A stretch of DNA of 64,000 bases from Octopus sinensis (lineage: Eukaryota), in NCBI RefSeq assembly GCF_006345805.1, contig NC_043014.1:15128001-15192000 (forward strand). Reading direction: 5' to 3'. This document shows positions 1 through 13,730 of this stretch, piece by piece (the stretch's first letter is position 1; the number at the start of each line of letters is the position of its first letter). Position numbers and translations under genes: made by a program. The notes beneath the pieces were generated by a model. That model made no database searches. It was not told where the DNA came from and saw nothing but the letters and a program-made list of their open reading frames with translations.

Positions 1-380
1 AAACCAATTGCCCACCACCACCACCACCACTACCACCACAGACTTCCACCCCTGTTACTAACCATCAGTATACCACATCTTATTATATTAAAGGTATAAG
101 TTAGTCAAATGGACCAAGTTTTTTGTCTTCTGTTGTTTTTTGGGGGTTTTTTCTGTTTGCTTTTCTTAGCTGGCATGGCTGTGTGGTTTAGATGTTTGCC
201 TTGCAACCATGAGGTTTTGAGTTCAATCCTACTCAAGAGTGAATTTGATTGACAGAAACTGTGTGGGAACTTGATATCTAAGTGTGTGTGTGTGAGTGTG
301 TGTGTGTGCGTGTGCATGTGTGCGCATGTGTTTGCATGTGTGTGTGCGTGTGCATATGTAGTATTATGTGTATATGTAGG

Positions 381-785
381 GGCAGGTGTGGCCGTGTGAT
401 AAAAAGCTTGCTTCCCAACCACATAGTTCTAGGTTCTGTCCTTCTGTGTGACACCTTGGGCAAGTATCTTTTACTATCACCTTGGGCCAACCAAAGCCTT
501 GTGAGTAGATTTGGTAGATGGAAACTGAAAGAAACCCGTTGTATATATACGTATGTATTTATGTGTGTATGTATTGGTGTTTGCCCATCCCCCCACCATT
601 ACTTGCAACCGATGTTGGTGTCTTTACATACCCGTAACTTTGTGGTTCAGCAATAGATACTGATAGAATAAGTACTAGGCTTACAAAGAATAAGTCCTGG
701 GGTAGATTTCTTCAACTAAAACCTCTTTAAGGTGGTGCTCCAGCATGGCCACACTCAAATGACTGAAACAAGTAAAAGAACAAAA
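381..785 (+). mobile_element. tRNA-derived SINE, family A (CORE-like central domain)
   Basis: Head GGCCGTGTGAT...GGTTCTGTCC, then CACCTTGGGCAAGT, an internal (TA/TG)n and a 3' part ending CCAGCATGGCCAC...GACTGAAACAAGTAAAAGA. Many similar copies in the window. Confidence 0.85.
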
Positions 786-789
786 GAAT

Positions 790-1120
790 GCGTGTGCATG
801 TATATAACATTATGTATGTAAGTATGTATGTATATATGTATGTATATATGTATGTATGTATGTGTGTGTATGTATGTATGTATGTATGTATGTATGTGTG
901 TATGTATGTATATGTGTGTATATGTATGTATGTATGTGTGTGTATATATGTATGTATGTGTGTGTATATATGTATGTATGTGTGTGTATATATGTATGTA
1001 TGTATGTGTGTGTATATATGTATGTATGTGTATGTATGTGTGTATGTATGTGTGTGTATATATGTGTGTGTATGTATGTGTGTGCATGTAAGTGCATATG
1101 TATGTGTGTATATGTATGTA
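790..1120. repeat. (TATG)n/(TG)n compound microsatellite
   Basis: Directly visible. Confidence 0.95.
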
Positions 1121-1319
1121 CCATCACCACCACCATTTGATAACTAGTGTTAGTTTGTTTACATCCCCATAACTTAGCAGTCCAGCAAAAGAAACCAATA
1201 GAATAAGTAGTAAGCTTTAAAACATAAGTACTAGAGTATTTGTTCAGCTAAACCTTTTAGGGCAATACCCCAGCATGGCCACAGCCCAGTGACTGAAACA
1301 AGTAAAGGAGAAAAGATAA

Positions 1320-1645
1320 AGGAGTACCCTCAACAAAAAGAGTGGTACCCTCATTGAAAAGAGTAGTACCCTAACTGAAAATAGTAGTACCTCATTAAAA
1401 AGAGTAGTACCATTATTGAAAAATGTAGTACCTATTTCTTTATTACCCACAAGGGGCTAAACACAGAGGGGACAAACATAGGTATTAAATCGATTACATC
1501 GACCCCAGTGCGTAACTGGTACTTAATTTATCGACCCCGAAAGGATAAAAGGCAAAGTCGACCTAGGCGGAATTTGAACTCACAACGTAACGCAGACGAA
1601 ATATTGAAAAGTGTAGTACCCTCATTGAAAAGAGTACCCTCATTG
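1320..1645. repeat. ~21-bp minisatellite (AGTAGTACCCTCATTGAAAAG) interrupted by a family B SINE fragment (~1431-1600, minus)
   Basis: About 5 units lie before and 2 after the SINE fragment. Confidence 0.75.
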
Positions 1646-1874
1646 CAGAGTAATTGTAAATCTGTTACAAAACCTAAACCATGACAACTGGTTGCTCAGT
1701 GTGTTACACTGCAGTTAGAGACATTGGTTTCAAATTTTGGCACAAGGCCGGCAATTTCGGTGGAGGTGACCCTGTGTCCAACTGGTTCTTGTTTTATTGA
1801 CCCTGAAAGGATGTAAGACAAAGTCAACCTTGGTGGAATTTGAACTCAGAATATAAAAGCAAATGAAATGTCAC

Positions 1875-3170
1875 TAATACCACCACCCCTGCCACTAATA
1901 CCACTGCCACCACCACCAACACCAACACCACCAATGCCACCACTACCACCACCAACACCACGTCCACCAATACCATCATATGTGTGGGGGGTGTAGGTGT
2001 ATTATGTGCTGGCATGGCTCTATGGTAGGAAGTGTGCTTCTCAAGCACCACCACCAATACCACACCACCATCACCACTACCACCACCACCACCTGTACCA
2101 CCACCATCACCACCATCAGCATCACCAACAACACCACCAACACGACGTCCACCAATACCGTTTCTACCACTACCAATATCAATACCAATGCCAATACGAT
2201 TTCTACTGTCAAATCATAACCGTTTCCATCCCCACCCCCATCACTATCACACCTCTACATCACCACCACCACCATCGTCATTAGTGCACCACCACAGCCA
2301 CCACTACTAATAGTACTGGTGCCAGGCGTTTGGAGCAGACATTGGTACTGAACAAACATAGATTAAGACTATTGATGGTGGTCAGATCTCTGGAGAGGAA
2401 TGAGCAAGGAGGAGGAGGACAAAGAAGGAGAAGAGGAGGACGAGGAAGGAGAAGAGGAGGACGAGGAAGGAGAAGAGGAAGACGAGGAAGGAGAAGGGGA
2501 GGACAAGGAAGGAGAAGAGGAGGACAAGGAAGGAGAAGAGGAGGACAAGGAAGGAGAAGGGGAGGACTAGGAGGAGCAGTAGGAGGAACAGGAGAAGCAG
2601 GAGCAGGAGGAGGAGCAGGACAAGGAGGAAGAGAAGAAGAAAAAGAAGTTGGATATAGTAGTGTGGGTGAGCAGTTGTTGTTGTGGTGGTGGTGGTGGTG
2701 GTGGTGGTAGCAAGCATGGTAATGGTGGTGACAGCAGCAGTAGTGGTGGTGGTGGTGGTGGTGGTTGAAGTGATAGTAGTGGTGATGGTCATGGTGGTGG
2801 TGGTGGTGGAAGTGATAGTAGCGGTGGTGGTCATGGTGGTGGTGGTGGTGGTGGTGGAAGTGATAATAGTGGTGATGGTCATGGTGGTGGTGGTGGTGGT
2901 GGAAGTGATAGTAGTGGTGATGGTCATGGTGGTGGTGGTGGTGGAAGTGATAGTAGTGGTGATGGTCATGTTGGTGGTGGTGGTGATAATGATAGCAGTG
3001 GTGGCAGTGGTAGTGGTGGTGGGGAGGATGAAGTTGTTTAGCAGTGGTGTTTATCAATAATAAACCAGGTTACCTCAGTAGCTTTTGTCATCAATGGTGG
3101 TGGGGTAGGTGTGATGGTGGCGGCGGTGGTAGTGATGGTGGTGGCACTGGTGGTTGGCAGTGGTGTGTTA
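1875..3170. repeat. Low-complexity (CAC)n, (GGA)n 24-bp and (GTG)n ~40-bp minisatellite block
   Basis: GGAGGACAAGGAAGGAGAAGAGGA-type units at 2400-2640; GTGGTG...GAAGTGATAGTAGTGGTGATGGTCAT units at 2740-2970. Confidence 0.9.
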
Positions 3171-3612
3171 AATATTAAAAGTCTCTATACTCAATGAAGT
3201 AGACAGTGTCCATTGATTGGCAGAAACGGTTGGTTGGTCGGTCAGTCGGTCGGTGAGCAAAGCCCATGGTTGTCAGGGTAAACAAAAACCGGTTGCTAGG
3301 CCAGTAAATAATGCATTCATTGATACCAGATTATACAATTGATAATTTACTGATGAATGAAGCCTGTTGTTGTTTTATAGTGAGAAGATATACTGGCTTT
3401 TGTAGGCGGAGGCTCAGGAGAGAAATGTGTGTGTGTGTGTGTGTGTGGGCATGCATATATGTGTGGATGGTGTGGGTGTATTAGGTGCAGGCATGGCTCT
3501 GTGGTAGGAAGTGTGCTTCTCAAGCACATGCTCCTGGGTTCAGTCCACTGTGTGGCACCTTGGAACAAGAGTCTTCTACAATCCACTCACAAGGCGTCGG
3601 TTGGCCTGAATC

Positions 3613-3658
<46 letters not shown>

Positions 3659-3821
3659 GTAATATAATATGTGACAATTAGTCGGTTGCCATAATGTGTG
3701 TGTGTATGTATATATATATATATATATATATATAGGGGGAAGTCACAAAAAAACAAAAGACAAAGACAGGTGACGTAGAAAACAAACAGATGTATTAGTG
3801 TAATACTTGGGAATTGAAAAA

Positions 3822-3863
3822 GTCTTTTACATTTCGAGCCTACGCTCTTCTACAGAAAGGGAC
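3822..3863 (-). ncRNA. Degenerate type I hammerhead ribozyme motif in a ~190-bp insert between (TA)n tracts
   Basis: Minus strand reads CTTT-CTGTAGA-A-GAGC gtag GCTC-GAAA-TG-TA-AAAG. The core carries A6>U, so it is probably inactive. Confidence 0.6.
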
Positions 3864-3996
3864 ACAGAAAGAAACAAGGAGAGAAAAAAAAATGTGTGTA
3901 GTGGCTACCGGTCTATCATGGCAATATATATATATATATATATAAATTTTATTTTGTAATGAGAAAAAAAACCAAGGCTGTGTAGATTTTAAAACA

Positions 3997-4035
<39 letters not shown>

Positions 4036-4059
4036 GTGTGTGTGTGTGAGTGTATGTGT

Positions 4060-4089
<30 letters not shown>

Positions 4090-4116
<27 letters not shown>

Positions 4117-4790
4117 TTAATATCCGTTGTCCATGCTGGCATGGCTTGGGCAGTTTTACTAGGACTGGTAAGTTGAGGGGCTGCACCAGACTCCAGTCTG
4201 ATCTCACATGGTTTTCTACAGTTGGGTGCCCTTCCTGAAGCCAACCACTCCGATAATGTAATGGGTGCTTTTATGTGCCACCAGCATGGGTGCCACTTGC
4301 ATGACACCAGTATCTGCCATGACTACGATTTCACTTGGCTTGATGAGTCTCCTTCTCAAGCATGGCACATTGCCAAGGGTCTTGGTCATTTGTCATAGCC
4401 TCTGTGAGGCCCAACACTCGAAAAGTGCTTTTTACGTGCCACCAGCACAAGTGCTAGTTACACGACACCAGCATTGGCCACATTATCTCCATGAGGCCCA
4501 ATGCTCAAATGGTACCTTTTATGTGACACCGGCATGGGTGCCAGTTACGTGACTCCAGCATGGGCCATGACAATAAATGACTAATGATCAAGCGTGTTGG
4601 CATATTGCCAAAGCTCTTGGTCATTAGTCACTGCCTCCATGAGGTCCAACGTTTGAAGATCATGCTACACCACCTCATCCCATATCTTCCTAGGTCTACC
4701 TCTACCACAGTTCCCCTCCACAGTTAGAAATCGGAACTTCTTTACGCAGCTGTCCTCATCCATATGCATCACATGACCATACCTGCACAG
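4090..4790 (-). mobile_element. RTE-type LINE 3' end / RTE-tailed element with (GAT)n tail
   Basis: Minus strand ~4660-4785 reads WYGHVMHMDEDSCVKKFRFLTVEGNCGRGRPRKIWDEVV, typical of the RTE C-terminus. The 3' UTR contains GGAAGGGCACCCAAC...CCATGCCAGCATGG...TTAAAT(GAT)n. Confidence 0.8.
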
Positions 4791-4994
4791 TCATATATGT
4801 CTGTATATATAGGTCTCAGTTATGCGAGCAGAGTCCTTTGTTTCCAGTCTTCCACAAAAACATGTCTGGTCATGGGGAAATATTACCTTGCTTGGAAACA
4901 GGTGAGGGTTGGTGACAGGAAGGGCATCGAGCTTTAGAAAAATGCACCTCAACGAAATTCTGTCCAAATCATGTGACCATGGAAAAGCAGACAT

Positions 4995-5512
4995 TAGATG
5001 ATGATGATGATGATGATGATGATGATAATGATGATGATGATGATAATGATGATGATGATGATAATGATGATGATGTTGATGATGATGATGTGGAGGAGGA
5101 GGAGGTAGAGGACAAGGAGGAAGAGGTAGAGGACTAGGAGGAAGAGGTGGAGGATGACGACGACAATGATGACACTGATGATGACAATGACAGTAATGAA
5201 GAGGAGGAGGATAACGATGACAACGACAATGATGATTCTGATGCTGATGATGATGTCAATGGCGACAATAGTGATGACAAGGAGGAGAAGGAGGCGGAGG
5301 AGTAGAAAGGAGGAGGTTGACGATGAAGTTGACGATGATGATGATGTTGATTACAATGATAACGATTATGACAATGACACTGATGATGATGATGATGGGG
5401 GGTGATGATGATGATGAGAAGGAGGAGGAGGACAAGGATGGCGATGCTGACGATGACAATGACAACAAAAATGACGATGACCATGTGACCATGATGATGA
5501 TGATCATCATCA
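4995..5512. repeat. (GAT)n/(GAG)n low-complexity tract
   Basis: Directly visible. Confidence 0.95.
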
Positions 5513-6206
5513 TGTGCTTATGTGTATATGTGGGTATATATTAGTAAATCTGTATTTGTCAATCAATGAGCCTGCACGGGTGATGGTAGTGTGTGTGTGT
5601 TTGTGTGTGTGGTTGTACGTCTGCCCATCAATAGATTTGAACGTACAATACATAAGTCTCTGCGTGCATACATGTTTTGTTTCCTGTGTGTACGCACATG
5701 TTTATAGTGTGTATGTGCATGTGTACAATATGTGTACATGTGTAGTTATGTGTGTAGCTATTATTCATGTATTAGTATATGTGCTTATGTTGTGGTCTGG
5801 ATATTTGTGAATTTCCTTTTGTCAATTTATGTTCAAGTATGTGTCATGTTTGTGTTTGTGTATATGTGTGTGTTTATACATATATATTGGCTATAATCAT
5901 ATATGTGTGTATGTGAGTTTCTTCGTGTATGTGTGTATATGTGCATATATTCTATATGTTTCGGTATATATTCTTTTTGTGTGTGTGTGTGTGTGTGTAT
6001 GTGTGTGCATACATTTAGCATATGGTTTATACATCAGAGACAGGTATTCTCTGTACAGAATACACTACATAGTGCTCAAGGGGTTTAAACTTGAGCAGGT
6101 AGTGGAGTAAACGGAAGGACAAACACTTTAGGCAAGTCGATATACAAAAAATATTAACTATGTTTAATACAAAAATGTACACCTTAGGCAAATGTCTTCT
6201 ACTATA

Positions 6207-6439
6207 TTTCTTTATTGCCCACAAGGGGCTAAACACAGAGGAGACAAACAAGGACAGACAAACGGATCAAGTCAATTATATCGACCCCAGTGCGTAACTG
6301 GTACTTATTTAATCAACACCGAAATGATGAAAGGCAAAGTCGACCTCGGTGGAATTTGAACTCAGAACGTAGCGGCAGACGAAATACCACTAAGCATTTT
6401 GCCCGGTGTGCTAATGTTTCTGCAAGCTTGCCACCTTAG
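6207..6439 (-). mobile_element. SINE family B (Deu/Nin-like domain) inserted into a family A SINE
   Basis: Minus strand contains GACTTTGCCTTTCATC...AAATAAGTACCAG. 14-bp TSD TGTCTTCTACTATA at 6193-6206 and 6440-6453. Confidence 0.85.
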
Positions 6440-7624
6440 TGTCTTCTACTATAGCCTCAGGCCGACGAAAGAGTGGATTTGGTAGACGGAAACTGAAAGA
6501 AGCCTGTCGTATATATATATGTGTGTGAGTGTGTGTATTATCATTTATGTGTGTGTCTTTATTTGTCCCCCCACCATTGCTTGACAATCAATGCTGGTGT
6601 GCTTATGTCCCCATAACTTACTGATTCGGCAAAATGAACTGATAGAATAAGTACTAGGCTTACAAAGAATAAGTCCTGGGGTCGATTTGCTCGACTAAAG
6701 GTGGTGCTCCAGCATGGCCACAGTCAAGTAAAAAGATAGCAGGATATGTTTACACAGAATAGAAATGATATCAGGAATTAAAATGCCAAATAAGAATTTT
6801 ACAAGCCCAACAGCTGTATACATATATATGTATGTGTGTGTATATGTTTGTGTGTCTGCATTTGTCCCCACAACATCGCTTGACAACAGATGTTGGTGTG
6901 TTTATGTCCCCGTAACTTAGCAGTTCAGCAAAAGAGACCAATATAATAAGTACTAGGGTTCCAAAGAATAAGTCCTGTGGTCGATTTGCTCGACTAAAGG
7001 TGGTGCTCCAGCATGGCCGCAGTCAAATGACTGAAACAAGTAAAAGAGAGTAATGCTTAATGCTTTAGCTAAGTTACTTTTGTAATCTTTTGTAATGTTC
7101 TGCTAGATTGCTTTAAATATTGGTTTCAAATTTCGGCACAAGGCCAGCAATTCCAGGGAAGGGGACTAAGTCAATTACATTGACCCCGGTGCTCAAATAG
7201 TGTTTGTTTTATCAACCTCAAAAGGTTGAAAGGCAAAGTCAACCATCAACACCACCTCAGATATTGATTTCAAATTTTGGTGCTGGACAAGCAGTTTTGT
7301 TGGGGCAGGGACACTCAGTTACATCGACCCCAGTGCACAATTGGTTATTTTATTGCTCCCCTGAAAGGATAAATGACAAAGCCAACCTTGGCAGAATTTG
7401 AACTCAGAACATAAAGACAGACAAAATGTCGCTAAGCATTTTGCCTACAGAGATAACAATTCAACCTGCTCGCTGCCCTAGATTGCATTAAATATTGTAT
7501 GTTTTAATGCAATAAAACTTTTCTTTTTTCCTGAATATATACTTGTGAAGATGGTGTGCATCCAGTGTGATGATGGTGTGTGCATCCTATGCATCTTTTA
7601 TGCTATCATACACAGTACTTCTAC

Positions 7625-7830
7625 TCTTCTACTTGTTTCAGTCATTTGACTGTGGCCATGCTGGAGCACCATCTTTAGTCGAGCAAATCGACCCCGGTGC
7701 TTATTCTTTGTAAGCCTAGTACTTATTCTATCGGTCTCTTTTGCCGAACTGCTAAGTTATGGGGACGTAAACACACTAGCATTGGTTGTCAAGTGATGTT
7801 GGGGGGGTACAAACACAGACACACAAACAT

Positions 7831-7877
<47 letters not shown>

Positions 7878-8035
7878 TATATATATACACATATATGACG
7901 GGCTTCTTTCAGTTTCTGTCTACCAAATCTACCCACAAGGTTTTGGCCGGCCCAAGGCTAGAGTAGAAGACATTTGCCCGAGGTGCCACGTAGTGGGACT
8001 GAACCCAGAACCACTACTTACCACACAGCCACTCC
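7625..8035 (-). mobile_element. SINE family A
   Basis: Reverse complement of the 11520-11930 type, with internal (CA)n. Confidence 0.85.
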
Positions 8036-8234
8036 TGAGAAAATCCTAACCGGTACAAATGATATTTTTTAGATAGCATATCTGGGCCGAATGTGGCTGG
8101 TTTAAATGCTGAAGGGATCAAGTGTTTTTTCGTATATATCTAGGTTGGTGCTGTTGCTATATACACATATTGATATTTTTTGGTGACATCAGAGTACTAT
8201 TCATGTATCTAGTTCACTATTGTTGATACGTGCC

Positions 8235-8790
8235 TGCACACACACACACACACATACGTACACAGACACAGACCCATACGGACACAGACACACAGACACA
8301 CACACACACACACATATATATGTATACAGACATAGACACACACACATACGCACATACGGACACAGACACACATGTACACACACACATATACGTACACAGA
8401 CATAGACACACACACACACATATGGACACAGACACACACACACATATGTACACAGACATAGACACACACACATACACACACATTACATACACACACACAT
8501 ACATGCGCGTGCACACACACACACGTGCACAATCAACCAAGACAATATTAGAAAACATTTCACATATCTAGGTTACGGATGTTGCCACACACACACACAC
8601 ACACACATGCACACACACATGCACACACACATGCATACACACATGCATACAGGCACTCATATGCATACACACACATGCACTTACACACACACACACACAG
8701 ACACAAACATCCTTGACCACATTAGAGTGCTGTTCAGACATCTAGTTCAATGCTGTTACTATGCAAACACACACATACACACAAACATCA
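8235..8790. repeat. (CA)n-rich compound microsatellite
   Basis: Directly visible. Confidence 0.95.
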
Positions 8791-8974
8791 GGTAGTTAAT
8801 TGATCGAGTAATTAGAGTACTAGATAGAAATATTTCATAGTGTCTATTCCAACCCACTGCACTCTGGGTTCAAATCCTGCCAAAGTCAGTTTACAACATT
8901 TTTTTTTTAATGGGGGATGAGGTGTGTTAATAAAAATGTGCCACCCCTGGGTGACATATTTTTAAGAGATTGGG

Positions 8975-9347
8975 TGAGAAATCTTGCAATATCCATTCCA
9001 GCTCTGCATTTTGGCAATAATATCTACAACTGTGAAAGGTAAACTGCAGCCCATGAATGGCACACCTAACAAAAAAATGTGACCTTGAATTTTTTTTAGT
9101 GGTGTGATCCACATGAGGACAAACCATATCTCATATGGCCCATTTTCTGCAAAAGGTTGGCTATGAGAGATCTTGCAATCTCTGTTTTGCCTTTTGGTAG
9201 TAATGTCTACGACAGTGAAAGATAAACTGCAAGCCATGGGGGCTTTCTGAATGGCACACCTAACAAAAACAGTGGCCTTGATTTTTTTTTAGTGTGCAGC
9301 CCACCTGATGATCAGCCATGTCTCATGTGGCCCATTTCTTGCAAAAG
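8975..9347. repeat. Diverged direct tandem duplication (~190-bp unit x2)
   Basis: GAGA(A/G)ATCTTGCAAT...TAAACTGCA...ATGGCACACCTAACAAAAA...TGGCCCATTT occurs twice. Confidence 0.75.
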
Positions 9348-9614
9348 AATGCTTATGCCAAGTCTACAACAACCCTGGTGCCAAACTATGTATGTACATG
9401 TGTCTTTATATTTGTCCCCCACTACACCTTGCCAACTGGGGTTGGTTTGGTTATGTCTCTCTAACTTAGCACGTCAATAAAAGAGACCAATAGTGTAAGT
9501 ACTATATTTTAAAATCAGTACAGGGTTTGATTTGTTCAACTAAAACCCTTAAAGGCAGTGCCCAGCTGCAGTCCAATGACTGAAACAAATAAAAGATGAA
9601 AAAATATAAAAGTT

Positions 9615-10003
9615 CTGTTGTGTCTAGGGAGGGTCATTTTCTTTTTGTGCCTTATGATTTAACACACTCACAGGTAAAATTTCCACTTATTTCTTATTTT
9701 TATTTCTTATTTCCACTTATTTCTTATTTTTATTTATTTCCACTTATTTCTTATTTTTATTTTCCTAAAATTTTCGTTGCATCTTGCAACCTTTTCAATT
9801 GTTGTTGACTCTCAACAACTATTGAAAAGGTTGCAAAACACAACAAAAGTTTTAAAAAAAGCAAATAAATAAATGAATGGAAATTTTACCGGTGAGTGTG
9901 TTACATTATAAGGCACAAAAAGAAAATGACTCCCCAGACACAACAGAATATGCTTCAGCACATGAACTCACATAAAGATTCTTGCAAACTAAATCCAAAA
10001 ACG
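9615..10003 (+). mobile_element. PLE-like fold-back insert: inverted arms plus ~55-nt tail, 13-bp TSD
   Basis: Imperfect palindrome 9613-9948 centred near 9810; tail 9949-10003; TSD AAATATAAAAGTT at 9602-9614 and 10004-10016. The left arm (minus) carries HHR-like GTTGC-aagat-GCAAC-GAAA-ATTT-TA. Confidence 0.75.
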
Positions 10004-10808
10004 AAATATAAAAGTTGCTGTCTTAAAAAAGAATTCTTTGGGTAACATAGTATGACAGGATGGTCATGCTTAGAATGCAGTTAGTATTGTAGTTAACTTG
10101 ATAAAAATTTACTTGGGGCTAAACAACAACCCACAACTACTTCAAAATGTATATATTAGCCACAGAGGTAGTATTAATACAGAGAAGTGGTATCTATCCC
10201 AACTTAAACTTGGATGTTCTGTTAGAACAAACCATACTGTGGTAGATACCATGAGAGAAACTCTCATATTGGCTATTTATGCTAAATGTACTCTTGTTTA
10301 TATTGCTGGTGGGGAAATAAATTGACTTTCCTTCATCTTGTCAATGATGGATGCTCAACTGCTAGAGTCAACAGCAACTCATCTCCTCACCAGCAATATG
10401 TAGAGTAACAAGGTCAGAACAAGCACTAGTGTCATGCGATTAACCAGTAAACTTGTGAAAAATATATATTAGTGACAGAGTTTGCACTCAGCCAACAAGA
10501 AAACAAACACACAATGCTGTTCACACCTCAGCAACACAGAGGTGTAGCAGATGATGCAGTAGAAATCTACCTTGAAGTATCAAATGTCAAATAATAATAA
10601 TAATAATAATAAATGCCCTGATGCAGTACCAGGCACTGGCTCTCATGGCTATATAATCTTAACAAAATTTAAGTAGACTGACATATAATTTTTGTACCTG
10701 TGGAAGGTATACTAGATGCCGAAATATCGTTCAACCAATTTCACATAACTATGGCGCCCTTCTATTTTTTATTTCATAATAATAATAATAATAATAATAA
10801 TGATAATA

Positions 10809-10855
<47 letters not shown>

Positions 10856-11519
10856 AATGATTTAAATCATGAAAATTTTTAAACTTTGGGAGAACATGAA
10901 ATCATTTTTCTTTGTTTTTAACTGTAGAACTTGAAGCACATAATGCTATAAACAATAGTATGTAAATACTGGATTTAAAAACACTTTTGAATGAAAAAAA
11001 AAAGAATTGAAGGCTACCTTTGACTTTCTCTATCCAAAAAAAGGGTTTTTTTCAACTCAATATTTACATGTTACTGTCTATAGCATTATGTGCTTTGAGC
11101 ACTACAGTTAATAAAATAATAATAATGCTTTCTGATTTAGGCACAAGGCCAATCATTTTAACTGTCTGGTATTTTATTTTATCGGCCCTGGAGGGGTGAA
11201 AGGTAAAGTTGATCTCAGAGGAATCTGAACTCAAAACAATGAGATTTTAAAAGGATTCCAATGATTCCCATCCAATGCCTTAATGATTCCACTAGCTTGC
11301 TGCCTTCTGGAGCTTCAATAACGACAACTACAGCAATAACAACAGCAAAAACAATAACACTATCGCTAAAAGTTTGTTACTAACACACACAAGAGGAGAC
11401 TTTACACGATTACTCGACTTGTTAGAAACAACAACCGAATCTTCCTCTAGCTGCACCTTACAGTCTTAAAAAAGACAAGGTCATTTTGGATAATGGTGGT
11501 TCTGAGTTCTTTGTGCGTA

Positions 11520-11930
11520 GGCGAAGGAGTGGCTGTGTGGTAAGTAGCTTGCTTATGAACTGCAGGGTTCCGAGTTCAGTCCCACTGCGTGGCACCTTGG
11601 GCAAGTGTCTTCTACTATAGCCTCAGGCCGACCAAAGCCTTGTGAGTGGATTTGGTAGACGGAAACTGAAAGAAGCCCGTTGTATATATCTATATATATA
11701 TGTATGTATGTGTGTGTATATATTTGTGTGTCTGTATTTGTCCCCCCAACATCGCTTGACAACTGGTGCTGGTGTGCTTACATCCCCGTAACTTAGCAGT
11801 TCGGCAAAAAGACACTGACAGAATAAGTACTAGGCTTACAAAGAATAAGTCCTGGGGTCGATTTGCTCAACTAAAGGTGGTGCTCCAGCATGGCCACAGT
11901 CAAATGACTGAAACAAGTAAAAGAGTAAAA
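11520..11930 (+). mobile_element. SINE family A, near full length
   Basis: A-box TGGCTGTGTGG, B-box-like GAGTTCAGTCC, CACCTTGGGCAAGTGTCTT core, 3' end GTAAAAGA repeats. Confidence 0.9.
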
Positions 11931-12817
11931 GAGTATAGGAAAAATATGGGATGGTCATGGTTGGAACATCTTTCATTACAGGTCTACTTAATCAGGTTAG
12001 ACCTTGAACCAAACAACAACAACTACAACTGTTACCTACCATCAAATGCACTACTCCCACCACCACCACCACCACCACCACCACCACCTCCACCACCACC
12101 ATCATCACAACTACCATCGCTACCATTTCCATCATTATTACCACCAGCACTACCACAACTACTAGCATAACTGCTGCCACCACCACTACCACCCTTATCA
12201 TCACCCTAATCACCACCACCACCACCACCACCACCGTCACGACCCACTATCACCACCTCCACCACCATCAATGCCAACACGACTCCCCCCCCCCATCCTT
12301 CTGCTCTTGAAAAATGCTTTAATATCTGCAGCAAAAGTGAGAATTTAATATGGTCCCATCTAAAAACTGATTGTGAACTCTCAGTAAAGGGGAATGCCCT
12401 ATTTGTTTTGTTTTTGTGTGTGTGTGTGCATGAAGAGAGAAAAATGGTATTAAAATTAGGGTTACTAATGACTCCCCTATTTATTTATTTATTTATTTTT
12501 ATCCCACATTTTAAGCATTTCCCAAATAGTTGTGATGTTCTTTAAAAAAAAGTAAATCCCCTATCATTATCACATTTTCCCATGGCTGGTAATAGGGATT
12601 TAAGGGACACAAAAGAGGCCCACTCAGCTGGGAAATATCTGGTGTTCTAAGGGAGGACTGGAACTGGTGTAAAAAAAAAAAAAAAGGTGGGAACAAAGGG
12701 ACAGATAAAAAAGTGTTTGGTGGAGTGGTGTGTTTGGTGGGGGAGGCAGGAAATAATATCAAATAAAGAAACAATAAAAATACTCCTCACACTTCTGCTC
12801 TCCTCTCTGAAAATAAT

Positions 12818-13699
12818 GGTTTCAAATTTTGGCACAAGGCCAGCAATTTCAGGGGAAAGGACTAAGTTAATTACATTGACACCAGCATTCAACTGGTACC
12901 TATTTCTTTTTTTTTATTGCCCACAAAGGACTAAACATAGAGGGGACAAATAAGGACAGACAAAGAGATTAAGTCGATTACATCGACCCCAGTGTGTAAC
13001 TGGTACTTAATTTATTAACCCCGAAAGGATGAAAGGCAAAGTCGACCTCGGCGGAATTTGAACTCAGAACATAAGGGCAGACAAAATACCACTAAGCATT
13101 TTTCCCAGTGTGCTAACTGGTACCTATATCATCCATCCCTCCAAGGCTGAAGAACAAAGTCGACCTCAGTGGAATTTGAACTCAGGACATAAAGACGGAT
13201 GAAATACCACTAAGCATTTTGGCTGGTGTGCTAATGACTCTGCCAATTCACTTTATTAATCCTTTCTAACATAGGCACGAGGCAGGAAATTTGGGATGAG
13301 GAGGGTAGTCAATTACATCGTCCTCAGTACTTAATAAAAAGCAAAGTCGAACTCAGTGGAATTTGAACTCAGAATGTGGCAATGGCTAAGCATTTCGCCC
13401 GGCATGCTAATGATTCTACCAGCTCACTGCCTTCATAATAATAATAATAATAATAATAATAATTATAATCCTTTCTACTATAGGCACAAGGCCTGAAATT
13501 TTGGGGGGAAGTGGAGGAGGGAGTTGATTACATCAACCCCAGTGCATAACTGGTATTTATTTCATTGACCCTGAAATGATGGAAAACAAAGTCGACCTCG
13601 ATGGAATTTGAACTCAGAACGTGGTGATGGCTGAAATACAGCTAAGCATTTCACTCAGCGTGCTAATGATTCTGCCAGCTCACTGCCTTAATAATAATA

Positions 13700-13730
<31 letters not shown>

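Noticed and set aside
2281-3060. His-rich, Arg/Gly-rich and Thr-rich ORFs (up to 258 aa)
   Set aside because: Trinucleotide and minisatellite artefacts.
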